Shown here in pieces: positions 1 to 9,266 of a stretch of 64,000 nt of DNA (positions are counted from its first letter, which is position 1; every line of letters starts with the position of its first letter). The stretch lies in IMG/VR virus record IMGVR_UViG_3300043438_001827, positions 1-64,000 of that record. One strand, 5' to 3'. The DNA comes from a virus. The notes beneath the pieces were generated by a model. It worked only from the letters and a program-made list of their open reading frames with translations, made no database searches and had not been told where the DNA came from. The translations under genes were made by a program, and so were the position numbers.

Positions 1-1
1 T

Positions 2-1891
2 CCTGCCTCTCTTAAGAACGCAGAGTTGGCCTACAATGAGGCTGATGACATACTCTATTATGGTAAAGGTGCTGACGGAAATGGCGACGCAACGACCATC
101 CCAGCTATAGCAGGAGCAGGAGCCTATACCACTCTTGGTACAGCACAAACGATAACTGGAAATAAAACATTTTCTGGCACAGTTTCAGTTGCGGCACCAT
201 CATCAAACGCACATGCAGCAACTAAATTATACGTTGATACTGCAATCACCGGAGTTGCAACAACATTCACCGTTGCAGGTGACGGTGGCTCAAATCAGAC
301 GATAACCACAGGAACAGACACTCTAACAATTTCAGGCGGCACTGGTCTTACTTCTGCTGCTACATCGGATACTATCACTTTAAATCTTGACAATACAACT
401 GTAACAGCTGGTTCGTACGGTTCAGCTAGCGCAATCCCAACCTTTACGGTTGACGCTCAAGGTCGTTTAACAGCAGCTGGAACAGCTTCCATATCCACTT
501 CATTTACGGTAGATGCAGACAGTGGTGACAATCTAACAATTTCTGGTGGGGATACATTCACCATAGTCGGTGGCACAGGATTGACATCAACAGCTTCTGC
601 AACTGATACGCTGACTTTAGACCTTGATAACACAGCAGTGTCAGCTGGTTCATTTGGTTCAGCCACAGCTGTTTCAACCTTTACTGTTGATGCCCAAGGT
701 CGTTTAACTGCAGCCGGAACAGCTACAATTGCCATCCCTGCAAGTGCAGTTACAGACTTCAACGAAGCTGCTCAAGATGCAGTTGGAAATGCAGTTGGAA
801 CAGGCCTTACTTACACAGACTCAACAGGTGCAATTTCAGTAACCGCAAATACTTACGATGCATATGGTTCAGCTTCAACAGTCGCAGGAAACCTTACAAC
901 TCACGGAAATCTAACAGAAGCACATGGTGCAACTGGTGCAGTAGTTGGAACCACAAACACTCAAACACTTACGAACAAGACACTTACTAGCCCAGTAATA
1001 ACTGGAGCAGTATTTAATGATGGTTCAATAGTCTTTGAAGGTGCAACAGCTGATGCCCATGAAACAACTTTAGCAATTACTGATCCAACCGCAGATAGAA
1101 CAATTACACTCCCAGACGCTACAGGAACAGTTGCCTTAGTTGCAGACGTCGCAGCACTGTCTGGCGCAACATTTACAGGTGCAGTATCTGGTACATCCCT
1201 TACCCTTTCAGGTGACCTGACAGTCAACGGTACAACAACTACAATTAACTCAACTACAGTAAGTGTCGACGACAAGAATCTTGAACTTGGCTCAAGTGTC
1301 TCTCCATCAGATGCTGGTGCAGACGGTGGTGGTATTACGCTCAAGGGAACTACGGACAAGACTTTTAACTGGGTTGATGCAACTGACGCATGGACTTCAT
1401 CTGAGAATCTCAACCTTCTAACTGGCAAGTCATTGTTAATCGCAGGAACTTCCGTACTTAACGCCACTACTCTTGGTTCAGGAGTAACCGCATCAAGCCT
1501 TACTTCAGTTGGAACAATTGCAACTGGTGTATGGAATGGTACCGCAATAGCCATAGCTAACGGTGGAACCGGCTCTACAGACGCTGGAGCAGCTCGTACG
1601 GCCCTTGGATTGGCAATTGGCACTAACGTACAGGCCTACAACTCTACACTCGCTGCTGTGGCTGGTGGCACGTATACTGGCGATGACAGCATTACAACCC
1701 TTGGAACAATTTCTGCAGGAACTTGGAATGGTACAACAATTGCTATAGCTAACGGTGGTACCGGTTCTACAACGGAATCAGGAGCTCGTACAGCTCTTGG
1801 ATTGGCCATTGGGACCAACGTACAGGCTTATAGCTCAACTTTAGATAACGTAGCTGCAGGCAACTACACACTTGATGGTGGAACGTTCTAA
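2..1891 (+). CDS. Tail fibre-like structural protein (5'-truncated by window edge)
   Basis: Frame is open from position 2 (PASLKNAELAYNEADDILYYG, an Mtd-N-like ELAYN motif). Thr/Ala/Gly-rich, with internal duplications (xAGS(Y/F)GSAxAxxTFTVDAQGRLTAAGT x2; IAIANGGTGST..ARTALGLAIGTNVQAY x2). Ends LDGGTF. Confidence 0.75.
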   Translation, partial: PASLKNAELAYNEADDILYYGKGADGNGDATTIPAIAGAGAYTTLGTAQTITGNKTFSGTVSVAAPSSNAHAATKLYVDTAITGVATTFTVAGDGGSNQTITTGTDTLTISGGTGLTSAATSDTITLNLDNTTVTAGSYGSASAIPTFTVDAQGRLTAAGTASISTSFTVDADSGDNLTISGGDTFTIVGGTGLTSTASATDTLTLDLDNTAVSAGSFGSATAVSTFTVDAQGRLTAAGTATIAIPASAVTDFNEAAQDAVGNAVGTGLTYTDSTGAISVTANTYDAYGSASTVAGNLTTHGNLTEAHGATGAVVGTTNTQTLTNKTLTSPVITGAVFNDGSIVFEGATADAHETTLAITDPTADRTITLPDATGTVALVADVAALSGATFTGAVSGTSLTLSGDLTVNGTTTTINSTTVSVDDKNLELGSSVSPSDAGADGGGITLKGTTDKTFNWVDATDAWTSSENLNLLTGKSLLIAGTSVLNATTLGSGVTASSLTSVGTIATGVWNGTAIAIANGGTGSTDAGAARTALGLAIGTNVQAYNSTLAAVAGGTYTGDDSITTLGTISAGTWNGTTIAIANGGTGSTTESGARTALGLAIGTNVQAYSSTLDNVAAGNYTLDGGTF

Positions 1892-1899
1892 CTGCTTTA

Positions 1900-1908
1900 T
1901 GTTATAAT
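1900..1908 (+). promoter_or_regulatory. Extended -10 promoter element (TGTTATAAT)
   Basis: Perfect TGnTATAAT in the intergenic gap, 25 nt upstream of ATG 1933. Confidence 0.55.
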
Positions 1909-1932
1909 ATTTTAGTTAAAACGGAGTAGCAA

Positions 1933-2475
1933 ATGGCTAATGTTATTAAAATCAAACGTAGTGCAACAGCTTCTGCAACTCCAAATACATTGGAGCATGG
2001 TGAGCTAGGGCTAAATTATGCTGATGGAAAGCTATTTTATAAAAATCTATCAAATTCCATAGTTCAGTTTACGGGCAGTGTGGGGCCAAAAGGTGATGCA
2101 GGTGTAGCGGGACTTGCTGTTCAAAGTACTGCGCCAGTTGATACTACTGTACTGTGGGCTGATACTTCTGTTTCTGGTACCGCTGTTGTTCCTACTGGTG
2201 GAACAACTGGGCAGGTATTGGCTAAATCTTCTGGTAGCGATTATGCAACAACGTGGACTACTCCAGTTACTTCTTCTGATTTAGCATTAAAGGCAAACTT
2301 GGTTGGCCCTACTTTTACTGGAACAGTTACACTTCCATCAGACACTTCTATTGGTACTGTTAGCGCAACAGAAATTGGGTATTTAGATGGAGTTACTTCC
2401 GCAATCCAAACACAGCTAAATACAAAAGCTTCAACAGGAAAAGCCATAGCTATGGCAATAGTATTCGGAGGATAA
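1933..2475 (+). CDS. Short tail fibre-associated protein with Mtd-N-like N-terminus
   Basis: MANVIKIKRS...LEHGELGLNYADGKLFYKN N-terminus, a short collagen-like GPKGDAG, and a C-terminal GKAIAMAIVFGG typical of phage fibre accessory proteins. Confidence 0.65.
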   Translation: MANVIKIKRSATASATPNTLEHGELGLNYADGKLFYKNLSNSIVQFTGSVGPKGDAGVAGLAVQSTAPVDTTVLWADTSVSGTAVVPTGGTTGQVLAKSSGSDYATTWTTPVTSSDLALKANLVGPTFTGTVTLPSDTSIGTVSATEIGYLDGVTSAIQTQLNTKASTGKAIAMAIVFGG

Positions 2476-2478
2476 ATC

Positions 2479-2841
2479 ATGGCAGCACCAAACATAGTTA
2501 ACGTTACAACAATTACAGGAAAAACAGCTCTACTTGCTATTACCAACTCTGCAACTGCAATAGTAGCAAACTCAGCAGCAAGTGGTAAAGTATTTAAAGT
2601 CAATGCTTTATACGTGTCGAATGTAGACGGTGCATCAAACTTTACTTTAAATGTTGACATATTAAGATCTGCAGCAACACCTTCAACTTATCGATTAGCA
2701 CACCTTCTTGTCGTACCCGCCGGAGCAACTATTGATGTTATATCTAAATCTATTTACCTTGAAGAAGGAGACTCTCTTCGCCTTACAGGAAGCACAACTC
2801 TTAAACTAGAGGGGATTGCTAGTTACGAAGAGATTAGCTAA
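2479..2841 (+). CDS. Conserved phage virion accessory protein (beta-sandwich)
   Basis: MAAPNIVNVTTITGKT...IYLEEGDSL...SYEEIS pattern seen in phage fibre clusters. GGAGG RBS. Confidence 0.6.
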   Translation: MAAPNIVNVTTITGKTALLAITNSATAIVANSAASGKVFKVNALYVSNVDGASNFTLNVDILRSAATPSTYRLAHLLVVPAGATIDVISKSIYLEEGDSLRLTGSTTLKLEGIASYEEIS

Positions 2842-3608
2842 TGCCAGACTTCCCTTCTGCAACTAGTGCTTCAGGCATCTGGTCTTTAAACGATGTCGAA
2901 GAGGCAGTTCAAGGCAGTAATTGGTCATCAACATTTCCAGTCGTAAAAGATGGACTACAACTTTATCTAGATGCTGGTAATACAGCTAGTTATCCTGGGT
3001 CTGGCAATAAATGGTATGACCTAAGCGGAAACAATAGGCATTTTACATTAAATAATAATACCTTTACATCTGGATCAATTCCATATTTTTCAACTCTAGG
3101 TGGGAATATGGTCGGTCCAGAATCAAATTCATTTCAGATTAACGATAGAAATGGTTATACAATTTATTTAATCATGTATCAGAACTCTTTGGTAAATAGT
3201 GCTGCGTTTAAGTTTTACAATAGCGGGAGTGGCAGAGGAATTTTTGCTCACTGCTCATGGGGTGATGGAAATATTTATTTTGATCAAGGAGGTGGTTTCT
3301 CTGGTGATCAAAGAATATTTGCCAGCGGAGGAACCATGACTGCATGGAATATATTTGTGTTTAGAAGAAATGGCTATAGACAAAGACAGATTTTAAAAAA
3401 TAATAGTGTTTTAGTAAGTGGTCTGGATTTAGCAGCAGATTTGAATTTAAGTTCAGTCAGTGCAACCCTTGGTTCAACTGATGAATATGGTGGTACATCT
3501 TCCACATGGAATGCAAGAATTGGTCAATTTATCGTTTATAATCGTGGATTAAGTCGTACTGAGATGCTGTACAACTACAACTCATTAAAAACAAGGTATG
3601 GTCTGTAA
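2841..3608 (+). CDS. LamG/concanavalin A-like lectin domain protein (putative receptor-binding)
   Basis: VVKDGLQLYLDAGNTASYPGSGNKWYDLSGNN and IGQFIVYNRGLS...NYNSLKTRYGL motifs. TAATG coupling to the previous gene. Confidence 0.75.
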   Translation: MPDFPSATSASGIWSLNDVEEAVQGSNWSSTFPVVKDGLQLYLDAGNTASYPGSGNKWYDLSGNNRHFTLNNNTFTSGSIPYFSTLGGNMVGPESNSFQINDRNGYTIYLIMYQNSLVNSAAFKFYNSGSGRGIFAHCSWGDGNIYFDQGGGFSGDQRIFASGGTMTAWNIFVFRRNGYRQRQILKNNSVLVSGLDLAADLNLSSVSATLGSTDEYGGTSSTWNARIGQFIVYNRGLSRTEMLYNYNSLKTRYGL

Positions 3609-5506
3609 TGCCTCAGTTTCCTAACCCCAATAACTCCACAGGTACTTGGTCGCTAGAAAAGCAACGCAATGCTGTTATGGGTTCTAATTGGGGTTCTCCA
3701 TTGATTGCTACAACAAGTGTTGTTCCGTATCTGATTGATGTATTTGGAACTAAATATTGGGTTTATAGATTTGTTGTTGATAGCAACACAACAAGTAAAA
3801 CTTTTACGATGGATATTTCATCTGGAACCGCTGTTGCTGAATTCTTGGTAGTAGCTGGTGGTGGTTCAGGTGCTGGTTATGTAGGTGGTGGAGGTGGTGG
3901 AGGAGGTTTTGTTGAAGGTTCTTTCAGATTGACCTCTGGAACATACACCATAGTTGTTGGTGGTGGTTCTGGACCCGGATTGACCTCTGGCAATGCTCGT
4001 GGTCCAGTAGGCAAAGACTCTTCAATCTCTGGTCCAAACCTTTCAATCACCGCTTATGGTGGTGGTGCTGGGGGTAATCATGACTCAAATGCTGGCAGTG
4101 CTGGTGGTTCAGGAGGAGGGGGTGCCTCAACCAACGGTCAGACATCTTTGGGCGGTGGTGTTACGGCAGCAGCAACCTCTGGATCAGCAATTATATCTGC
4201 TGCTTCATACGGTTTTAGAGGTGGTAATACAACAGGAGCACGAGGCGGTAATGACTGTGAAGGCGCAGGAGGAGGTGGTGCTGGTGGTCAAGGTCTTGAC
4301 CATTTAGACACAAACACTGGTCCCGGTGGTCATGGTCGTCTTTCCACAATATCAGGTAGAGCATTCCTTTACGCAGCAGGCGGAGGAGGGGGAAGTTATT
4401 ACCCAAATGACTCTGGTGATATTGTCGGAGGAGGTTCTGGCGGTCTTGGTGGAGGAGGGGGCGGAGGCGCTCACGGTAATGGAAATCAAGGTTCTGGAGG
4501 AACAGGTGGTGAATCTAACGGTTCAGCAGCAACTGCTGGTGGAGAAGCTCCCGGTGGACAAGGTGGACAGAATACAGGAAGCGGTGGAGGAAGCTCTGGG
4601 CATAACCAAGCAGCAGGAAGTGGAGGCTCAGGCATCGTATACATTAGATATCCTGCAAATATTACTTCAATCAATGTTGAATATGTTGTTACAGCTGGAG
4701 GCGGTGGTGGTGGATCAGGTGCCACAAGCGCAAACAACGGCGGAGGCGGAGGTGCAGGAGGATATCGTTCTTCTGTAGCTGGAGAATCCACGGGAGGACT
4801 AGGCTCAGTAGAAAGCCCATTATCAGTAGTTCGTGGTATCCCATATACTGTCACAGTCGGTGCTGGTGGTTCTGCAAACAACTCTGGTTCCAATTCTATT
4901 TTTGGTCCAATAACTTCAACTGGAGGAGGTCGTGGGGGAGGATTAAACGCTCCCGTAGCTCCACTATCTGGTGGTTCTGGCGGTGGTGGTGGACCAGCAG
5001 GCTCTGCAACTAACCTTCATTTAGGAGCAGCAGGTCTTTACTCTCAAGGATACTCTGGCGGAAATGGCAACGCTGCATCACCTTACCGTGGTGGTGGCGG
5101 AGGAGGAGCTGGTGCTGCCGGAAATGCTGGCGTAACTAATGGAAACGGAGGTGCTGGTATTTCATCGTCTATTACCGGAAGTGCTGTAACTCGTGCTGGA
5201 GGTGGTGCAGGAGCTGGTGATGACGGGAATGGAACTGGTGGTTCTGGTGGCGGAGGAAATGGTGGTAACCTTAACGGCACATTGGCAGTAGCAGGAACAC
5301 CAAATACAGGTGGAGGTGGAGGTGGAGGTGTTTCTCAAGGAGCAACTATCGTAGCTGCTTCAGGAGGTTCGGGTGTTGTAATCTTGAGATACCCTTCTTA
5401 TTATACCCTCAGTGTTGGGGCAGGATTGACATCAACAACCTCAACTGTTGGTTCAAATAAAGTAACCACATTCACTGCTGGTACTGGAATTATAACATGG
5501 AATTAA
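3608..5506 (+). CDS. Glycine-rich virion protein with two Gly-rich domains
   Basis: Two copies of the E(F/Y)(L/V)VxxGGG...GGSG(I/V)VxxRYP architecture. Confidence 0.7.
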   Translation: MPQFPNPNNSTGTWSLEKQRNAVMGSNWGSPLIATTSVVPYLIDVFGTKYWVYRFVVDSNTTSKTFTMDISSGTAVAEFLVVAGGGSGAGYVGGGGGGGGFVEGSFRLTSGTYTIVVGGGSGPGLTSGNARGPVGKDSSISGPNLSITAYGGGAGGNHDSNAGSAGGSGGGGASTNGQTSLGGGVTAAATSGSAIISAASYGFRGGNTTGARGGNDCEGAGGGGAGGQGLDHLDTNTGPGGHGRLSTISGRAFLYAAGGGGGSYYPNDSGDIVGGGSGGLGGGGGGGAHGNGNQGSGGTGGESNGSAATAGGEAPGGQGGQNTGSGGGSSGHNQAAGSGGSGIVYIRYPANITSINVEYVVTAGGGGGGSGATSANNGGGGGAGGYRSSVAGESTGGLGSVESPLSVVRGIPYTVTVGAGGSANNSGSNSIFGPITSTGGGRGGGLNAPVAPLSGGSGGGGGPAGSATNLHLGAAGLYSQGYSGGNGNAASPYRGGGGGGAGAAGNAGVTNGNGGAGISSSITGSAVTRAGGGAGAGDDGNGTGGSGGGGNGGNLNGTLAVAGTPNTGGGGGGGVSQGATIVAASGGSGVVILRYPSYYTLSVGAGLTSTTSTVGSNKVTTFTAGTGIITWN

Positions 5507-5516
5507 GGATTAACTA

Positions 5517-6596
5517 ATGGCACAATTCCCAAACACATCTAGCGCAAGTGGCAAATGGTCACTTCGTCAACAATATCGTTCTATCCTTGGTTACAACTGG
5601 GCATCCCTCCCTCCCGCTACTGCTGAAATCCTCGTTGTAGGAGGCGGTGGTGGTGGAGGCTACGACATGGGCGGAGGTGGTGGTGGTGGTGCCGTATCTG
5701 CTGGAACATTCCTCGTTCAGCCGGGAAGTTATACTTTGACAATAGGAGCTGGTGGACTTGGAAATGGATCTGGAATTAATGGGAACTCTGCCTTCCATCA
5801 ATTTACAGCCGTAAGCGTAAATGGTTCAGATACTTTTATAGAATCTCCATCTTACGAAAGAGTGATATCAAAAGGAGGCGGTTATGGAGGAAGTTCTTAT
5901 TGGGACTATACTCCGGGTGCTGTAGGGAATGCTGGCGCTAATGGCGGTGGAGCTTCTGGATATTCCAATGGTGGTGCTCCCGGTGGTCGTTTAGGCGGTG
6001 CATCAAACCAACATACTTTAGGGATGTTAGATGGACTACTTACTGTTACATCTCGTGCGAATGGTTACATAGGTGGTCATGGTGGACCTCAGTATTACCC
6101 CGGAGGAGGTGCTGGGGCGGGCGAGAACGGAACTAATTCACCCAACACCCCCCATGGCGGTATTGGACAGCTCAGTACCATTACAGGTGTTTCCTATTAC
6201 TGGGGCGGAGGCGGAGGAGGTTCTTCCTACAGTTCCGGTCCCGGAGGCAATGGAGGTAATGGCGGAGGAGGTGGTGGTGCTGTCGGTTCTACCACAGGAG
6301 GTGCTGGCATAAACAGCGGGTCTGCTGGAGGTGGAGGTGGAAACAATACCCAAGCAAACACTCCCGGTGGAAATGGTGGAGCAAACACAGGTGGAGGAGG
6401 CGGTGGAGGTTCGCACTACACAACTGGATCCAAAGGTGGCAATGGCGGTTCTGGTATAATAGTGATTGCTTACCCAACAACAAGTGCAGCGATTACAACA
6501 ATAAGTGCAGGTCTCACTTGGTCAGTAAGTACCGTAACAAGATCTGGGTTTAGAGTTTACCTCTTTACTTCTGGCACTGGAACAATAACTTTTTAA
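5517..6596 (+). CDS. Glycine-rich virion protein
   Basis: EILVVGGGGGGG...GGNGGSGIIVIAYP. Paralogue of the upstream gene. Confidence 0.7.
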   Translation: MAQFPNTSSASGKWSLRQQYRSILGYNWASLPPATAEILVVGGGGGGGYDMGGGGGGGAVSAGTFLVQPGSYTLTIGAGGLGNGSGINGNSAFHQFTAVSVNGSDTFIESPSYERVISKGGGYGGSSYWDYTPGAVGNAGANGGGASGYSNGGAPGGRLGGASNQHTLGMLDGLLTVTSRANGYIGGHGGPQYYPGGGAGAGENGTNSPNTPHGGIGQLSTITGVSYYWGGGGGGSSYSSGPGGNGGNGGGGGGAVGSTTGGAGINSGSAGGGGGNNTQANTPGGNGGANTGGGGGGGSHYTTGSKGGNGGSGIIVIAYPTTSAAITTISAGLTWSVSTVTRSGFRVYLFTSGTGTITF

Positions 6597-6605
6597 GGAG
6601 ATACA

Positions 6606-6974
6606 ATGGCACATTATGCATTTTTAGATGAAAATAATATAGTTACTGAAGTAATAACAGGAAGAGACGAAGACGAAGTAGTTGACGGGATTTCTGACTG
6701 GGAAGCATACTATGGTGAGTTTCGTGGGCAGAGATGCGTAAGAACATCTTATAATAATAATATTCGCAAACAATACGCAGGTGTGGGATATATTTATGAT
6801 GAATTAGCTGATGTTTTTATTTCACCTAGTCCTTTTCCATCTTGGGTTCTAGATGAAAATCATGACTGGCAAGCTCCTACTCCAAGACCATACGATGGTA
6901 AAATGTATATTTGGAATGAAGAAGAACTTTCATGGGTAGAGGTAAATCCATTGCCACTACCAATACAAGAATAG
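6606..6974 (+). CDS. Conserved phage protein (putative fibre assembly accessory)
   Basis: MAHYAFLDENNIVTEVI...RTSYNNNIRKQYAGVGYIYD..DVFISPSPFPSW, a family that commonly follows Gly-rich fibre genes. AAGGAG RBS. Confidence 0.65.
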   Translation: MAHYAFLDENNIVTEVITGRDEDEVVDGISDWEAYYGEFRGQRCVRTSYNNNIRKQYAGVGYIYDELADVFISPSPFPSWVLDENHDWQAPTPRPYDGKMYIWNEEELSWVEVNPLPLPIQE

Positions 6975-7018
6975 TAAATAATTACTTTTCTACAAAAAAC
7001 ACTATCACAAATATAGCA

Positions 7019-7026
7019 CTACTATA
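7019..7026 (+). promoter_or_regulatory. Putative phage promoter motif YTACTATW
   Basis: CTACTATA. The same motif recurs in intergenic DNA at 9990, 13371, 19721 and 23921. Confidence 0.45.
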
Positions 7027-7057
7027 TGGTTGTTGATTTTGTTAAAAGGGAATTCAA

Positions 7058-7876
7058 ATGACAGTTTTAAAAAAATATAACATAAGCACATCACAATGGG
7101 AGCCAATTGTCACAGGCACCGAAGGTCCTGCTGGCCCCACTGGAGCTACTGGACCAACGGGTCCAACTGGAGCTACTGGGTCAATCGGTTCGGCAACACT
7201 AGATGATCTTTCTGACACGATAGTGACAAGCCCAGCAACTGGTCAAGTACTTAGATATAACGGAACTAACTGGGTCAACTACGCTTCGACTCTTACTCTT
7301 GGTGGAAATTTCACCACCTCAGGTGCGTATACAACATCTTTAACTGCAACAGCAAATACAAATATAACACTTCCAACGACTGGCACTCTCTCGACTCTTG
7401 ATGGAATGGAAATTTTAACTAACAAGACCCTCACCAGTCCAGAAGTTTATACACCGATCCTTTTGCTTTCAACAAGCACGTCAACAACTGATGCAAGAAT
7501 TTTTTGGGATTCTACAAATAAAAAAATAAGAGTAGGCAATGGAACAATATCATTAGACTTTGCTTCTTCTAATGTCGTAACTAACGCTCAGGTAGCTAGC
7601 TATACACTGGTCTTGGCGGACAAAGATAAACTAGTAGAAATGAATGTTGGATCAGCTAATGCTCTAACTGTTCCGTTAAACTCCTCTGTAGCATTCCCTG
7701 TTGGAAGTCAAATTACAGTACTTCAAACAGGATCTGGGCAAACAACGATTACTGCAACTGGTGGTGTAACCATAAATGCAACGCCTGGACTTAAGCTTAG
7801 GGCTCAGTGGTCTTCTGCTACTTTAATAAAAAGAGCTGAAAATACTTGGGTTGCATTAGGTGACTTGGTTGCTTAA
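7058..7876 (+). CDS. Collagen-repeat tail fibre-like protein
   Basis: (GXY)n run GPAGPTGATGPTGPTGATG. C-terminal YTLVLADKDKLV...LRAQWSSATLIK..NTWVALGDL domain. Confidence 0.7.
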   Translation: MTVLKKYNISTSQWEPIVTGTEGPAGPTGATGPTGPTGATGSIGSATLDDLSDTIVTSPATGQVLRYNGTNWVNYASTLTLGGNFTTSGAYTTSLTATANTNITLPTTGTLSTLDGMEILTNKTLTSPEVYTPILLLSTSTSTTDARIFWDSTNKKIRVGNGTISLDFASSNVVTNAQVASYTLVLADKDKLVEMNVGSANALTVPLNSSVAFPVGSQITVLQTGSGQTTITATGGVTINATPGLKLRAQWSSATLIKRAENTWVALGDLVA

Positions 7877-8502
7877 AGTAATTCAGTAATTGTATAAAAT
7901 GATGGAGTGGTGTATCTTTCACCAGAAGTAACCATCTTTACCCCATGTAGGTAGCCGATATCACCAGGATGGGCAACCGCTAAACCAGGCTTAGGGGTAA
8001 TTACAATATCATGTTCTGGATAATATAGTTCTCCGCCTTCAAACTCATCATTATAATAAAATAATGAATTTAAATCATAGTTAAAGAATGGATTTGGCGA
8101 TCCATCATTTAACTGCTTGTCAGCATGAGGCAATTGTTCTGTCCCAGGTTTCCATTTTATAATTACTGGTACTCTTTCAAAAAGTTTTACATTAAAACAA
8201 TCTTCTAGCACTCTTTGCATTTTTGTAATATATTTATATACAATATTATATACATCAATATCTACTCTTTTTAATATTTCTCCACTGCATTGACGATCTT
8301 TCCAATACGAAGAGCTATATGTACAGACGCCATTTTCATCATATATATCTTCGCCAGAATCCATCCATTCATTAATCGTTGGCAAAAACTTTTGTATTTT
8401 CTTTAAATCTTCTAAATCAATAAAGTTCTCAAAAACTTTTATATTATCCGCAGAAGTACCAAAATGACCTGGTAAGATTAGTGATGTATCAACATTTTTC
8501 AT
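7873..8502 (-). CDS. 2OG-Fe(II) oxygenase, prolyl 4-hydroxylase-like
   Basis: HAD...YYNDEFEGGELYY...HGVKMVTSGERY gives the HxD..H..R signature. The only credible minus-strand gene in the window. Confidence 0.85.
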   Translation of the reverse strand: MKNVDTSLILPGHFGTSADNIKVFENFIDLEDLKKIQKFLPTINEWMDSGEDIYDENGVCTYSSSYWKDRQCSGEILKRVDIDVYNIVYKYITKMQRVLEDCFNVKLFERVPVIIKWKPGTEQLPHADKQLNDGSPNPFFNYDLNSLFYYNDEFEGGELYYPEHDIVITPKPGLAVAHPGDIGYLHGVKMVTSGERYTTPSFYTITELL

Positions 8503-8535
8503 TTTTTCCCTAACACTTGATAAGAATGATTTATT

Positions 8536-8552
8536 CTGATATATTATATCAG
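8536..8552. promoter_or_regulatory. Palindromic divergent promoter region
   Basis: CTGATATA-T-TATATCAG perfect inverted repeat. Reads TGATATAAT on the minus strand and TGATATATT on the plus strand, between divergent oxygenase genes. Confidence 0.55.
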
Positions 8553-8579
8553 TTACGAAACTTAAATAAACGGAGAGTT

Positions 8580-9266
8580 ATGCAAATTTACAGCGTGGAA
8601 GACCCAAAGTTAGCAATTGTATTGTATAGGGATGTTTTTGATCCTGATTTCGATATACCTTCTAAGTTAGAAGCCTGCTTAACAGATAGTAAAGATGATT
8701 ACTTAAAATGGAGAGAAGCCCTTGTAGGATACAATGAAGTTATGCCAGACTACAGAGACTGTGTAGACTTTAAGATAGGACCTTATTACTGGGATCATAT
8801 ACCAGAGGGTTTTGAAGACATCAAAGCTGTTTATGAAGAAACAGACGTAGCATTAAAAAAGTGTTTAGCAGACTATGAAAAAAGATACAATTTTAAAATG
8901 GAATTCATGGAATCAATTAACTTTGTTAGATACAACGTTGGTCAGCATTTCCAAGTCCATGCAGACAGCGGATTTTCATATAGTTGCACCGTATCAAGTA
9001 TTGCATACTTAAATGATGGATACGAAGGTGGAGATCTTTGGTTCCCTTACCTCGATATCACTTATACTCCGAAAAAGGGAGACATCCTATTCTTCCCATC
9101 GGCATATACCCACTCCCATGCATCTTCTGCAGTTACTTCAGGTACAAAGTATTCAGCAGTAACAATGTTTGATTATAACGATAACAATCATCAGTATGCA
9201 AAAACAGCAACACCACAAACAGCTCCTAAAGAAAATAAAGAGCTTAATATAATGCCATTAAATTAA
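8580..9266 (+). CDS. 2OG-Fe(II) oxygenase, prolyl 4-hydroxylase-like
   Basis: HAD...YLNDGYEGGDL..FPS.Y.H.H...VTSGTKY. Start placed at ATG 8580 after GGAG rather than the track's TTG 8517. Confidence 0.85.
   Translation: MQIYSVEDPKLAIVLYRDVFDPDFDIPSKLEACLTDSKDDYLKWREALVGYNEVMPDYRDCVDFKIGPYYWDHIPEGFEDIKAVYEETDVALKKCLADYEKRYNFKMEFMESINFVRYNVGQHFQVHADSGFSYSCTVSSIAYLNDGYEGGDLWFPYLDITYTPKKGDILFFPSAYTHSHASSAVTSGTKYSAVTMFDYNDNNHQYAKTATPQTAPKENKELNIMPLN

Noticed and set aside
2-2475. Diversity-generating retroelement suggested by Mtd-N-like domains
   Set aside because: No reverse transcriptase and no template/variable repeat pair differing only at adenines in this window.
457-6483. Antisense and alternative-frame ORFs over the fibre and Gly-rich genes (Pro/Val-rich)
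   Set aside because: Shadows of GGN/ACN/GCN codon bias with no RBS or recognisable motifs. The same applies to the short minus-strand ORFs inside the giant genes.
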